Counted from the first letter of the stretch, positions 29,626-39,519 are shown. The stretch is DNA of 64,000 nucleotides from an uncultured bacterium (GCA_964654695.1 CAZZKJ010000004.1:30043-94042); one strand, 5' to 3'. Notes: generated by a model not told the origin, from the letters alone. Made by a program: numbers and translations.

Positions 29626-30489
29626 ATGAAACTTGTAAGTTTCGGCAAAGCGGGTGCAGAAAGGGCCGGCGTTATGAGCGGCGGTTCTATCATTGATATC
29701 AAGGCGGCAGACAACGCCCTTCCGGATAATATCAGAGATATTCTCGAAAAAGATATGCTCGGTGAAGTTCGCAAACTTCTCGATGCCGCAGGCTCCGGCA
29801 GCATACCCCCAGGAGTTGCACGCCGGGCGAACGGGACACGCCTCGGCCCTCCGGTGACAAATCCAACGAAGATAATATGCCTGGGTTTGAATTACATCGA
29901 CCACGCCCGCGAACAAGGCAAGGAAGTTCCGGATTGGCCCCTTCTTTTTGCAAAAGCTCCCAGCTGCCTTATCGGCGACAAGGATCCGATACCAACCCCG
30001 CCGGGAGTCGCGCAAATGGACCACGAAGTCGAACTGGCATTCGTCATTGGCAAAAAAACCAGGAATGTTGCGCAGAAGGATGCTCTATCGTGCATTGCCG
30101 GGTACGGTATATTCATGGACATAAGCGCGCGCGATGTGCAGTTCAGAGAAAAACAATGGTTCCGGGGGAAAAGCTTTGACGGTTTCGGACCGTTTGGTCC
30201 TTGTCTGACTACATCTGATGAAATCGCCGATCCGCACAATCTTCCGATTTCACTTAAGGTGAACGGCAAAACCATGCAGGACAGTAATACCGGCTTAATG
30301 CGGTTCAAGGTGGATTACCTGGTTCATTATCTTTCACAATGCATGACTCTCATGCCCGGCGACATAGTCGCCACGGGAACTCCGTCCGGAGTCGGGGTAT
30401 TCGCATCACCGCAGCGTTTCCTGCAAAAGGGCGATGTTCTCGAAGCCCGGATTCAATCTTTGGGTTCATTGACCAATCCCGTTTCCTGA
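29626..30489 (+). CDS. Fumarylacetoacetate hydrolase (FAH) family protein (2-keto-4-pentenoate hydratase / HpaG-like)
   Basis: KIICLGLNYIDHA, HEVELAFVIGK metal-binding blocks. Confidence 0.8.
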   Translation: MKLVSFGKAGAERAGVMSGGSIIDIKAADNALPDNIRDILEKDMLGEVRKLLDAAGSGSIPPGVARRANGTRLGPPVTNPTKIICLGLNYIDHAREQGKEVPDWPLLFAKAPSCLIGDKDPIPTPPGVAQMDHEVELAFVIGKKTRNVAQKDALSCIAGYGIFMDISARDVQFREKQWFRGKSFDGFGPFGPCLTTSDEIADPHNLPISLKVNGKTMQDSNTGLMRFKVDYLVHYLSQCMTLMPGDIVATGTPSGVGVFASPQRFLQKGDVLEARIQSLGSLTNPVS

Positions 30490-30534
30490 ATAGTAACCGG
30501 AAAATACCAATAGCAATGCATATCGCGGCAGCCA

Positions 30535-31764
30535 GTGAAACAAAAAGCGGATAAAGACAAGAGATTCAATCTGCTGGTCATTTCACCCTGGGCGGACATA
30601 TGGTCGCTGGGCGAAGGCGCGGGTGTTTCAGATGATTACTATTTTATTGAAAAAGCCGTTCGCCGGGGCTTATCCGTGCATTTTCTGCGTCCGCGAGGGG
30701 ATTCCACAAACGGGACTCAGGCCTCAAATCACAGTGTTCATTATTATCCCAATTTTTTCCGCGCTACCCGAAAACTGCCTGCATTTCTCAAACGCATCAT
30801 ATGGCCGGTGCTTTTCAATATCATTGTAATTCCCGCATCAGTGATTATCGCCCGAAGAATCAGGCCTGGTTTTATTCTCGGACACTCTCATTATACGCCC
30901 CCTGCCGCCTTAATCGCCGCACGCGCAGTCGGAGCCGGATGCGGCATCAAACTTTTCGGTGTTATGGACATGGTTCACACAGAATGGAATTATTTTAAAT
31001 ACCTGTACAAGAACATTGAGCAGGTACTAGCCATGAAAATCCCGCAGGATACATGGATTATTCTCGATGACGGCACTTGCGGCCGCCGGGCCGCCCTGCG
31101 CAGGGGAATACCCGGCCATAAAATCCATTTCCTCCCGAACGGCATCAATGTGGAATGGGCGGATGCACAAACCGACCGCCGAGTTGCCAGAAAAAAACTA
31201 TCAATAAAAGATGATGCATGCGCCGTGCTCTTTTTGGCCAGACTGGTGCCGTCTAAGAGACCGGAAACTGTTGTCCGCGCCATTCCTGAAATCCTCCGCA
31301 ATTCGACCTGCGAAGTACAGTTTATTTTTGCCGGTGACGGCCCCCTGCGCTCATCCTGTGCTGCGCTGGCCAAACAACTGGGAATAGACGATTCGATCCG
31401 GTTTCTCGGAACAATTCCGCACCGTGAAGTGCCCGATCTCGCATCCGCCTGCGATATATTCGTTGCTACGAGCAATCTGACAAACATGGCAATTCCAACC
31501 TGCGAAGCCATGCTTTGTGGGCTCCCGGTAGTAGCTTTTGATGTGGGCGATACATCTAAGACCGTGATTCATGAGCGGAACGGAATCCTTGTTCAAGACG
31601 GCGATACCGCCGCTTTGTCCAGCGGCATCTTGAAGCTCATAGAATTTCCGGAGAAGAGGAAACAATACGGCAGAGAGGCCAAAGCATTCGGACGTGAACA
31701 CTTCACGGGATGGGACGCAAGAACGGATATGGAAATGGATATTATCGAGAAGCAGGTTGAATGA
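30535..31764 (+). CDS. GT4 family glycosyltransferase
   Basis: EX7E motif region CEAMLCGLPVVAFDVGDTSKTVIHERNGILV. Confidence 0.75.
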   Translation: MKQKADKDKRFNLLVISPWADIWSLGEGAGVSDDYYFIEKAVRRGLSVHFLRPRGDSTNGTQASNHSVHYYPNFFRATRKLPAFLKRIIWPVLFNIIVIPASVIIARRIRPGFILGHSHYTPPAALIAARAVGAGCGIKLFGVMDMVHTEWNYFKYLYKNIEQVLAMKIPQDTWIILDDGTCGRRAALRRGIPGHKIHFLPNGINVEWADAQTDRRVARKKLSIKDDACAVLFLARLVPSKRPETVVRAIPEILRNSTCEVQFIFAGDGPLRSSCAALAKQLGIDDSIRFLGTIPHREVPDLASACDIFVATSNLTNMAIPTCEAMLCGLPVVAFDVGDTSKTVIHERNGILVQDGDTAALSSGILKLIEFPEKRKQYGREAKAFGREHFTGWDARTDMEMDIIEKQVE

Positions 31765-31765
31765 A

Positions 31766-32734
31766 TTAATGCTCCCTCAATAGCTTATCTAGTGCTCTGG
31801 CGAGCTCTCTTCCCCTTAAAGACTTATAGCGAATATTGCCTTTGCGGTCCAGAAGGAATGTTGCCGGAATGGATCGAACACGATACTGATGAGCTATGCT
31901 GTTTTTCCATCCTTCTCCGTCAAAATACTGCGGCCAATCAATCCCGTTTTCCTTGATATATTTTTCAACGGATTCTCGTTTGCTGTCCAGCGAAACCCCG
32001 ACGATCTCGAAACCCCTGGCGCTGTGCTTTTTGTAAAGCTCTATTACATTAGGCATTTCTTTTCTGCATGGACCACACCACGTAGCCCAAAAATCGATCA
32101 ACACGACTTTGCCCTTTAGCTTCTTGAGTGACAGGGCTTTACCCTTCATATCCTTGACTTTGAACGGTATGGGAGGATTCCCTACCGTCAGTTTCTTGAG
32201 AACTTCCAGGTCCTCAAGGTTCGTTTTTGCTTCGTTTGTCAGGCGCACATCGATATCGGAATATTCATTAATAAACTTATTATAATATTTTTTGGCCAGA
32301 TCGAACTGTTCTGAGGTTACATAATTCTTCGCAATAAAATAATTAGCATATCCCAGTCTCTTGCGTTTGGTCGCGGCGGCACCCTTTATGAAATCTTCCA
32401 AATATTTTATAGCTTTATCATTCTTGTTTATATTTGTATTTAACATACCAAGCTGATATTTAACATCCAAAGATTCATCGGCCTCGGGATACTCTTCAAC
32501 GAACCGCAGCATTCTTTCTTCAACCTTATCGAAAACCTCCAGAATCTTTTCCATCGAAGCTCCACGCGTTACGCTGTGTTCCAAAACTTTTAACTCAGAC
32601 ATAAGTTTTTCATACGCATCCTTGGAACTCAATTCACTTTCGGATGCTGAGAAAGAACTCATAACTGTCAGGAACGCCATTATCAACAAAGGCAATGCGG
32701 TTAAACCGCGTTTACTGGCGAAGAATGTTCTCAT
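31766..32734 (-). CDS. TlpA-like periplasmic thiol-disulfide oxidoreductase (redoxin) with N-terminal TPR-like helical domain
   Basis: Signal peptide; WATWCGPCRKEMP CxxC thioredoxin motif. Confidence 0.75.
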   Translation of the reverse strand: MRTFFASKRGLTALPLLIMAFLTVMSSFSASESELSSKDAYEKLMSELKVLEHSVTRGASMEKILEVFDKVEERMLRFVEEYPEADESLDVKYQLGMLNTNINKNDKAIKYLEDFIKGAAATKRKRLGYANYFIAKNYVTSEQFDLAKKYYNKFINEYSDIDVRLTNEAKTNLEDLEVLKKLTVGNPPIPFKVKDMKGKALSLKKLKGKVVLIDFWATWCGPCRKEMPNVIELYKKHSARGFEIVGVSLDSKRESVEKYIKENGIDWPQYFDGEGWKNSIAHQYRVRSIPATFLLDRKGNIRYKSLRGRELARALDKLLREH

Positions 32735-32761
32735 TATTCCATCCTTTTTTTCGGGAGCAGG

Positions 32762-33781
32762 CTATAGAGTTCTTGCAATCAATCGAATCTTCAATGTCGG
32801 TTCTTGAGGATCATCGGTCTTGATAATCATTTCATCCGAATAATTCCTCCTGGAGCTATCCGGCGTGAAATTTACCCGAACGACGTATTTTCTGCCGGAT
32901 TCAATAGGATTGATCGACGCCGAATAGTAATCCCTGCTGAAATCGATGTGTTTTATCTTGAACTCGCCTTTTATTTTGCTTACCGTAATGGTTTTCTGAT
33001 AGCCTTTCGGAGTTTGAGACTTTCCCCCGACTTGAACCCTGCCGAAATTGATGATTGAAGGCTGAGCTTTTATCATCGCGCGCGTCGTAACATTGACTTG
33101 AATGACTTTCTCAGGGCTGTGTTTGCTGTTGGTGTGCACCTTGATAGATCCCCACGTATTGACCGCGGGAAGCTTCGGATTCTTCCAGATACGGATTTTG
33201 AACGAATTAGGAGTGTTACCTTTGTCTACTTTGTATGTAATCTTCTCATCTATGTTGGATTCCAGTTTCGTAATGGCGAAGTTTTCGCCGGACTCGTTAG
33301 ATATAATGTCTATTTCCTTTTCGACCGGTTCTCCAAACATGCCGGCTAGATATACGCGGTCGGCAGGTTGAACTTCCACATAGTGCCTGATCGTTCCCGA
33401 TAGAGTAAGAGTCATCCTCGGGTGTTTGGGATCATTCGATATTACGGTTGCACTTTTATTGAAGGTGCCGTGCACCCTTTTTCCATCGATTTCCAGAGTC
33501 ACTTTTCCCTCCTGACCAGGAGGAATGACCTTATCAAACTTGGCCACTGTGCAGCCTCACCCAGGTTTTACACGGTTGATAACCAGGTCGGCTTTGCCCT
33601 TATTGCGGATCATGAATTCATGCTTGAACGTTTCTATTTCGAAAACCGTTCCGAAATCATGTCTTAACTTTGATATAAAAATCTCTGGTTGATTGCCCTC
33701 GGTTTTCGCTGCTTGTACCGGGAAAAAAGCAAACAGTATGAGCAAAATAGCAAAGTATCCTGCCGTCATATTTTTTCTCAT
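32762..33781 (-). CDS. DUF1573 domain protein (secreted, two tandem Ig-like DUF1573 units) with an in-frame TGA at 33557..33559 at the position of the first Cys of the conserved SCGCT motif. Candidate selenoprotein; alternatively a nonsense-disrupted gene.
   Basis: The ORF track splits the gene in two (33557..33883 and 32762..33547), but the junction reads INRVKPG-[TGA]-GCTVAKFDKVIPPG, against the DUF1573 consensus ..ASCGCTVP.W....PG. Start reassigned to the ATG at 33781 (MRKNMTAGYFAILLILFAFFPVQA signal peptide), which has an AAGGAG RBS 7 nt upstream. TGA is used as an ordinary stop in neighbouring genes (porB, dsbD, the FAH gene). Confidence 0.5.
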
Positions 33782-33917
33782 AAAACGTCTCCTTATCCTC
33801 GAACAAATTCCGACATTGGACATGCTGAATCTCCCATGAATTATACATTTGTCAAATATAAAGTTCCAGGAATTTTTGCTCAAGTCGGTGAATATGGCGC
33901 CTTGGAAACAGGGCGAT

Positions 33918-35465
33918 TCATTCCTTAAGCAGGAAATCCGCGCTTTGTTCCGCCAGGAGGGCAGAGCAGTCTATACTTCTGATTATACTCCTCCTGAACT
34001 TTCGGCTTTCGGCGCACTTTTCCGTAAGATCAACAACGGACCCGTCGCCACCGGCGGGACCACCGGGGGTGATCAATTTTACGCAAGGACGATGGAGAAA
34101 CCGAGTATCATGATTGGGCTTTACTACTATCCCGGTCTCTTTGGTATCCAATTCGACCCCCGTACCTACAGGATAAAGCCCCATAGTTCTTATAAATACT
34201 TTCGCCAGGAATGGATCAAATATTTCCCCGCTTTTCTGAAATATGAACCTCATTACCTTGTCCTGCCTGAGAGGAATCGGCCTGTAGACACGAGGAGAAG
34301 TCATGGCATCATAATAATCGGAAATGGTTACAATTCTGGAGAACAACCTAAGACGCCATGCGGTGTTTTTGCGCGGATAGCCGTTAAGGTCGTAATGAAC
34401 ATGGTGCTGAAGAGAAACAAACATGGCATCGGCCATTTCCCTCAAAGCTTTTACCTTGGAGAGCTCTTTTATTCCGAAAAATGTGTGATATTTCATCAAT
34501 TCCCAGTCTTTTCCCTTTAGTTCATTAGGATTGTTGATTATGGATTCAGGAATATAGACTTTCCCAATATCATGAAACAGGGCCGCCAGCCCCAAACGGG
34601 CTATATCGCCTTTGCACAACCTCAGTTTATCGCCCACGGCCATGGAAAGAATGCAGACGTTAACGGAATGGGCAAACGTGTATTCGTCGAAGTTCTTTAT
34701 ACTGGCGAGTCCCAGCAGAATCGATTCATCGGTTTGCATAATATCAACCATCTGCTGTGTCAGCCTTTTGGCTTTTCTGACTTTTATCACGTGGCGCTCT
34801 TCGATCGCCTGAACAACCTCCTTCATCAAAGCCACGGTCCTGAAAAATATCCGGTTGCTTTCTATTTTTATATTCTTTCTTTCCTGGTTGTAATCCCTCA
34901 AGCGCCTTTCCATTGCAACATATTGAGATATGCTTATATGTGGCAGTTCAAGTGCGGCGAGTTTTTTCTCCAAACGATCATATGGATAATCTCCGTCTTC
35001 AAGTTCATAGAATGTTTTAAGGAAATTCGCTATTTCATCGGGCATAACACCTTCATTGAACTCGATGCTTTCAACTTCTTTTTTCTTCATCTCATCCATG
35101 AGAAATTGGAAAGCGCTGAAATACTGGGAATCGGCCTTGATGCGTACATCATTTATGTTTATGTATTCCGCAGCCAGCCGGACGGCGGCACGGCTGCCTT
35201 CAGCGAAATAGCTCCCCAGGTTATCCATTAGCTCGGACAGCACGCGTTTGACGGCATTATTGTCGAGCTTATAGATCTGCACCATTTTGCTTGCGGAAAA
35301 AAGCGAATGAATCAGCGCCAATCCCCTGCGGTTCAGTGATATCAATTCATCGCGTTCGGCGGTTTCTTCACCCGCAGCGGCCTTTTTCGCCTTGTCCGGC
35401 GCATCACCGGCAGAGTCCTCGATTAAATCCTCTGTTAAAGTTCTATATTCATTATCATCAGACAT
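33918..35465 (-). CDS. HD-GYP domain c-di-GMP phosphodiesterase-like protein
   Basis: AALFHDIGK (HD motif) and HHVHYDLNGYPR (GYP motif). Confidence 0.75.
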   Translation of the reverse strand: MSDDNEYRTLTEDLIEDSAGDAPDKAKKAAAGEETAERDELISLNRRGLALIHSLFSASKMVQIYKLDNNAVKRVLSELMDNLGSYFAEGSRAAVRLAAEYININDVRIKADSQYFSAFQFLMDEMKKKEVESIEFNEGVMPDEIANFLKTFYELEDGDYPYDRLEKKLAALELPHISISQYVAMERRLRDYNQERKNIKIESNRIFFRTVALMKEVVQAIEERHVIKVRKAKRLTQQMVDIMQTDESILLGLASIKNFDEYTFAHSVNVCILSMAVGDKLRLCKGDIARLGLAALFHDIGKVYIPESIINNPNELKGKDWELMKYHTFFGIKELSKVKALREMADAMFVSLQHHVHYDLNGYPRKNTAWRLRLFSRIVTISDYYDAMTSPRVYRPIPLRQDKVMRFIFQKSGEIFDPFLAKVFIRTMGLYPVGTGVELDTKETGIVVKPNHDTRFLHRPCVKLITPGGPAGGDGSVVDLTEKCAESRKFRRSIIRSIDCSALLAEQSADFLLKE

Positions 35466-35493
35466 TGCTCTGCTCCAGTATCGGCTTCACTCT

Positions 35494-37323
35494 TCAACCT
35501 TTCCTTAAAGAAACAAGCGCCTTTTTCGCGCGGGTGCTTATCAAGCTGCTGGAATCCAGCGATAATTCTTCTAAAAGAGGAAGCGCCCCCGGAATATTGA
35601 TATTCTCCAATGCCCGGACGGCCAAAAGTTTGTTCTCTCTGTTTTTTCCGCCCTGCATAAACCCTCTTTTCTGAATCATCTCTTTGAGCTTATCCAGAGT
35701 TTCCTCGTCTGCACTGTAACCCAGTATTCTAAATGTCAATTCTTTCTCATCCTGATCTTTTTTTGTGAATTCCTTTGTAAAAGCAATTGAATGCAGAAAC
35801 TTCTTGATAATTATGCTTTTCTTTCCTTCCAGGGAGTGAAAGGCTTTCAATCTTATTTTTTTCTCATCATCCTTCGCCAATTTGAGCAGCAGCCCTATCG
35901 CATGCTCGTTATCGATATTTCCGAGATATTTTACAAGCTCTTCCCTGACACGGATGTCGGGATAAAAAATCAGCTCCCGTATTCTCTGAGGAATATTTGA
36001 TAGGCCTGATTTATTAACCATGTAGACAGCGGCCTCGGCCGCCTCCCACTTCTCTATCAGCATGTTCTCGATTACTTCTTCTACGGAGTCGCCGGAAACG
36101 TCAACCAGGCAGTCGCATAACTCTCGGCGCAGGCGGCTGTTCGATGCGGTCTGAATTATCCTGACGAGCACAGGAACGGCGGAGTCGCCCGCCATCCTGA
36201 AATAAGCCAGCACATCTTTCGCGGCGGCATTCCTTTGATCCAATTGTTTGGATACTGCTGTAAGAAGTTCCTCTGTTGTAAGCTTTTTTTCCATTTGTAA
36301 GCATAATTCCCGAACGCTCGAGTTGGATTCCGTGTCGGCAGTGAAGTTCATGAAAATTTCGAGCACGGAGCAGAGCCTCGCCGGCTCCGGCAAATTAATG
36401 AAATAATCCGCGAACTTTTCAATAATATTGGCAATATCTCGTAATACTGATTGGTTGTTGGAGAGAAGGGAGAATTCCAACATTGTCCGCAGCAGGCCCA
36501 TCAAGCTGTCTTTTCGTTTTTCTCTCAGCAGTTCCTCGCCGCACAGTTTCAATTCATGCGATCCAATCTTAAAAGTGGTTTGCAGAAGTTCTTCAAACTC
36601 TTCTTCCATCAACTCCTGATTTCCATTCGGATTGATGCTCGCATGCAAATTTCTGAAATAATACTCCAGCGAATCCTCAGCTTCGTTGGATTCAACGATT
36701 ACCCTTCCCTTATCCTTGAAAATTGGAATCAACTCGGCATGATCAGCGCTGTCTAATGATGATTGACCGGATCCCAGCGTATTTTTGCCGTCGCCGAATT
36801 CGCCCGACAGGTATTCATCAAGCACTCTGTACGTTATATAATCGAAATCAGCTTTCCAAAGACGGGTGACGATATCCTCGTCGGATGAGGATCTGCGCAT
36901 ATCGTGAATCAGCAAATCTATGAACGTATCCAGTTCCTTGAATGAAACACCGTCTCGAAATGTAACTTCACCGATTCCATCCTTGTAAAGAGTGAACGCA
37001 ATACTCTCATCGCGCCTCGTATTTTCATACACTTTCTCGCCGTCCCATTCGAGGCGGAATTGATTGACGGCCAGAACCAGTTCCTGCTGTTCCTGGAAAC
37101 ATTCCCGCAAGCTGTTTTCGAGCTCCCTGGCAAAATTAGCCAGTATGGGATTATTTGCGGTATAGAGCTTTTTGCCGGATAAATACTTGGAAAATGCTTT
37201 TATGAAATGCTTTACCTTGAGGGGGGCATCCCTGCGCTCATCGGAAAGACCATCGTGGCAACTCTGCTGATTAGAAGCACGTACATGCTCCTTGGGCCCA
37301 GATTCTTTTAGCTTTTGGTCCAT
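35494..37323 (-). CDS. HEAT-repeat (PBS-lyase-like) protein of unknown function, co-oriented immediately upstream of the HD-GYP gene
   Basis: C-terminal third contains several HEAT-like repeats (e.g. AIGLLLKLAKDDEKKIRLKAFHSL; ALPLLEELSLDSSSLISTRAKKAL). Confidence 0.45.
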   Translation of the reverse strand: MDQKLKESGPKEHVRASNQQSCHDGLSDERRDAPLKVKHFIKAFSKYLSGKKLYTANNPILANFARELENSLRECFQEQQELVLAVNQFRLEWDGEKVYENTRRDESIAFTLYKDGIGEVTFRDGVSFKELDTFIDLLIHDMRRSSSDEDIVTRLWKADFDYITYRVLDEYLSGEFGDGKNTLGSGQSSLDSADHAELIPIFKDKGRVIVESNEAEDSLEYYFRNLHASINPNGNQELMEEEFEELLQTTFKIGSHELKLCGEELLREKRKDSLMGLLRTMLEFSLLSNNQSVLRDIANIIEKFADYFINLPEPARLCSVLEIFMNFTADTESNSSVRELCLQMEKKLTTEELLTAVSKQLDQRNAAAKDVLAYFRMAGDSAVPVLVRIIQTASNSRLRRELCDCLVDVSGDSVEEVIENMLIEKWEAAEAAVYMVNKSGLSNIPQRIRELIFYPDIRVREELVKYLGNIDNEHAIGLLLKLAKDDEKKIRLKAFHSLEGKKSIIIKKFLHSIAFTKEFTKKDQDEKELTFRILGYSADEETLDKLKEMIQKRGFMQGGKNRENKLLAVRALENINIPGALPLLEELSLDSSSLISTRAKKALVSLRKG

Positions 37324-37523
37324 TTTAAGTATCTCCTGGAATTTATGTTATATTAGCAATTGATATGCCAGCTGTTTGATCGAATAATACGGTTTCGAGC
37401 CTCGATACGCCATCCGGGCATTATCGGAATAAAAAAAGCATAGGCGCATTTTTTGCTTTTAAGTAACTCTTAATTCTTGCATATTTCGGACTCGAATTAT
37501 AAAACCGCTGTTCAATTACTATA

Positions 37524-39215
37524 ATGACAACTTATACCCGCATTAAACTGGCGCTGATGATCACGCTGCTGCTTGTAGCGGACAATGCCCGGACTGATCC
37601 ATTTTTTTCCGTGGGAATGGCATTGAGACGGGATGAGCCTCCGGCCCTCCACTCCGGGCGAATTTTGGAAGCTCTATATAATGGACAATATGCTAAAGCC
37701 TTGGCTCGAGCTGATGATTATATTGCCCTTAGTCCCGGCGATCCGCTGGCATTGCTGATGAGAGCCCGTGTCCTTCGCGAAACTCTGTCCGACCAGGATG
37801 ACGACAAGGATCTGATCAAGAGAAGTGCTGAGCCGATTTACGAAGATTTGGCACGAGCAATCAGTTTATGCGACAAAGAGCTCACAGAGGTGGACGCCGA
37901 CCCGAAGTGGCGTTTCTACAGAGGCTGGGCATACATGTTCAAAGCTCAGATCAGCGCTTTAGCGGGCAGCTATTGGAGCGCCGGGCGAGCGGCGAAAAAA
38001 GGCAAGAAAGACCTCGATGAGTTTCTCAAAGCCGATCCCGGCAATGCCGATGCCCAGGGGATTTTGGGTACGTTTCTTTATTTCGCGGACGCACTTCCGG
38101 CCGCAATAAAGATTATCAAATCTTTTTTCCTGATTCCCGGGGGAGATAAAGAACGCGGACTCAAACTGCTAAATTACGCATCGAGCCATGAGGGACTCCT
38201 GGCGGTGGATCACAAAATAATCTTATCGGCGATATATACACTTTTCGAGGGGCGTTTTGAGGACGGCATCAAATCATTCAACAGTCTCCTAGCGCGTTAT
38301 CCCTATTATCTTCGGCTCATAGAACCTCTCGGGATCGTTGCTGCTTTCTCCCCTGCGGATATCAGGGATTTTCAGGCAGTGGAAAGTGTTTTTTTAGAAC
38401 GGCATATGAATGCCTTCGCCGGTGAAACCGACCGCGAAACCCTGCTAAGGCTTCGTTACCACCGTTCGTATTCATATATGTTTTTCAACTCACCGAATGA
38501 AGCGATCATGGAATTCAAAGCAATTCTCGCAGCCCGCCCCAGCCGTCCCGATTGGCTTGCGCCGCTGTCCCTTATGAACATCGGCGTCGTATACGCTAAC
38601 GGCGGTAACCCCGATGAAGCCAGGCAGGCCTTCGAAGCCGTCCGTGCCGACGGGTCAATGCATCGATTTCATTCCGTAGCCGAAAAAATGCTGGATAGAC
38701 TCGATGAAATTCACCGCACCCCCAGGGATAAATATTCTGAACTGGCCTGCGCGATCTATGATAAACGATTCGAGGAGGCCTCCGGGCTTCTCTCAGGATA
38801 CGAACAGGAATATGGAGGAGCGATTCAATATTGTTTTTATAAAGGCGAACTCAGTCTTCTCATTGGCAGGATCGACGAAGCCGAGAAAGCCTACCGGAAG
38901 GCCCTCGCCAAGAATCTACCCGAAGCTTCCCAGGTTTACCAGTTGTTCTCGGCTGTTCGGCTGGCGGAAATATTGGGCATGCAAAGAGAGTACAAGGCCG
39001 CCGAACAAATGCTCGATAAGGCTCTAGAGTATTACCATAAAGAATTTCTTGTCGACATGCTTATTAAGGGCAGGAAGCGATTCTACGAGGAATTGGCATC
39101 AAAAAAATCCGCGAACCCGCCGACGCTCATGTTTACCGGTATGGGGAGTCCATTTCCCCGCCCAGCTCCGGGTCATGAGCCTGCCGCCGGCAGTTTGGAT
39201 TTCCCTTCTAATTGA
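37524..39215 (+). CDS. Secreted TPR-like repeat protein (hypothetical)
   Basis: N-terminal hydrophobic signal, helical-repeat composition throughout. Confidence 0.4.
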   Translation: MTTYTRIKLALMITLLLVADNARTDPFFSVGMALRRDEPPALHSGRILEALYNGQYAKALARADDYIALSPGDPLALLMRARVLRETLSDQDDDKDLIKRSAEPIYEDLARAISLCDKELTEVDADPKWRFYRGWAYMFKAQISALAGSYWSAGRAAKKGKKDLDEFLKADPGNADAQGILGTFLYFADALPAAIKIIKSFFLIPGGDKERGLKLLNYASSHEGLLAVDHKIILSAIYTLFEGRFEDGIKSFNSLLARYPYYLRLIEPLGIVAAFSPADIRDFQAVESVFLERHMNAFAGETDRETLLRLRYHRSYSYMFFNSPNEAIMEFKAILAARPSRPDWLAPLSLMNIGVVYANGGNPDEARQAFEAVRADGSMHRFHSVAEKMLDRLDEIHRTPRDKYSELACAIYDKRFEEASGLLSGYEQEYGGAIQYCFYKGELSLLIGRIDEAEKAYRKALAKNLPEASQVYQLFSAVRLAEILGMQREYKAAEQMLDKALEYYHKEFLVDMLIKGRKRFYEELASKKSANPPTLMFTGMGSPFPRPAPGHEPAAGSLDFPSN

Positions 39216-39268
39216 ATTTCCCCGCTGCCATAATTATGGTAGAATTCTGCCACAAGGGAGGTTCATCT

Positions 39269-39514
39269 ATGAATACGGACCGCAATGCAGCTGCTGATTC
39301 GCTGATCGAGACACTCGAGACGGGAATTAAGAGAGAACAAGAATCCAACAGTTTTTACATGGCCGCGGCGGCAAAAGCGGCAACCCCGAGCCAGCGCAAT
39401 CTATTAATACAGCTTGCCGAAGAGGAGCTCCGCCACCGCGACAATCTCGAAAGACTCCTGCAGGCTGCCAGGGCCCAGCTTGAAATAGACCGGGCGATTA
39501 CCGGAGATATCTAA
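39269..39514 (+). CDS. Small ferritin-like / rubrerythrin-half-domain protein. Start reassigned to the ATG at 39269, which is preceded by a GGGAGG RBS.
   Basis: 81 aa; two E-x-x-H-type helices (KREQESNSFY ... EEELRHRDNLE). Confidence 0.4.
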   Translation: MNTDRNAAADSLIETLETGIKREQESNSFYMAAAAKAATPSQRNLLIQLAEEELRHRDNLERLLQAARAQLEIDRAITGDI

Positions 39515-39519
39515 CGGAA

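Noticed and set aside
32762-33547. Treating 32762..33547 as an independent GTG-initiated gene (separate from 33557..33883)
   Set aside because: The upstream fragment ends mid-domain (HDFGTV...INRVKPG) and the downstream fragment begins mid-motif (GCTV...). Together they reconstitute a complete DUF1573 unit, and there is no RBS before the GTG.
33557-33559. Alternative genetic code (UGA=Gly code 25 or UGA=Trp code 4) as explanation for the in-frame TGAs
   Set aside because: TGA terminates several well-delimited genes here (porB at 27590, dsbD at 29540, the FAH gene at 30487) at positions matching family lengths. Both in-frame TGAs fall on conserved Cys positions, not Gly or Trp positions.
33849-34520. 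223-aa '+' ORF and several other long antisense ORFs (4943..5719, 12626..13168, 34572..35231, 6048..6497, 51443..51871, 28117..28638)
   Set aside because: Each lies entirely inside, and antisense to or frame-shifted from, a gene with strong family motifs (HD-GYP, GT-C, PilM-PilN, His phosphatase, CbiO, DsbD). They have no recognisable domains and are treated as shadow ORFs.
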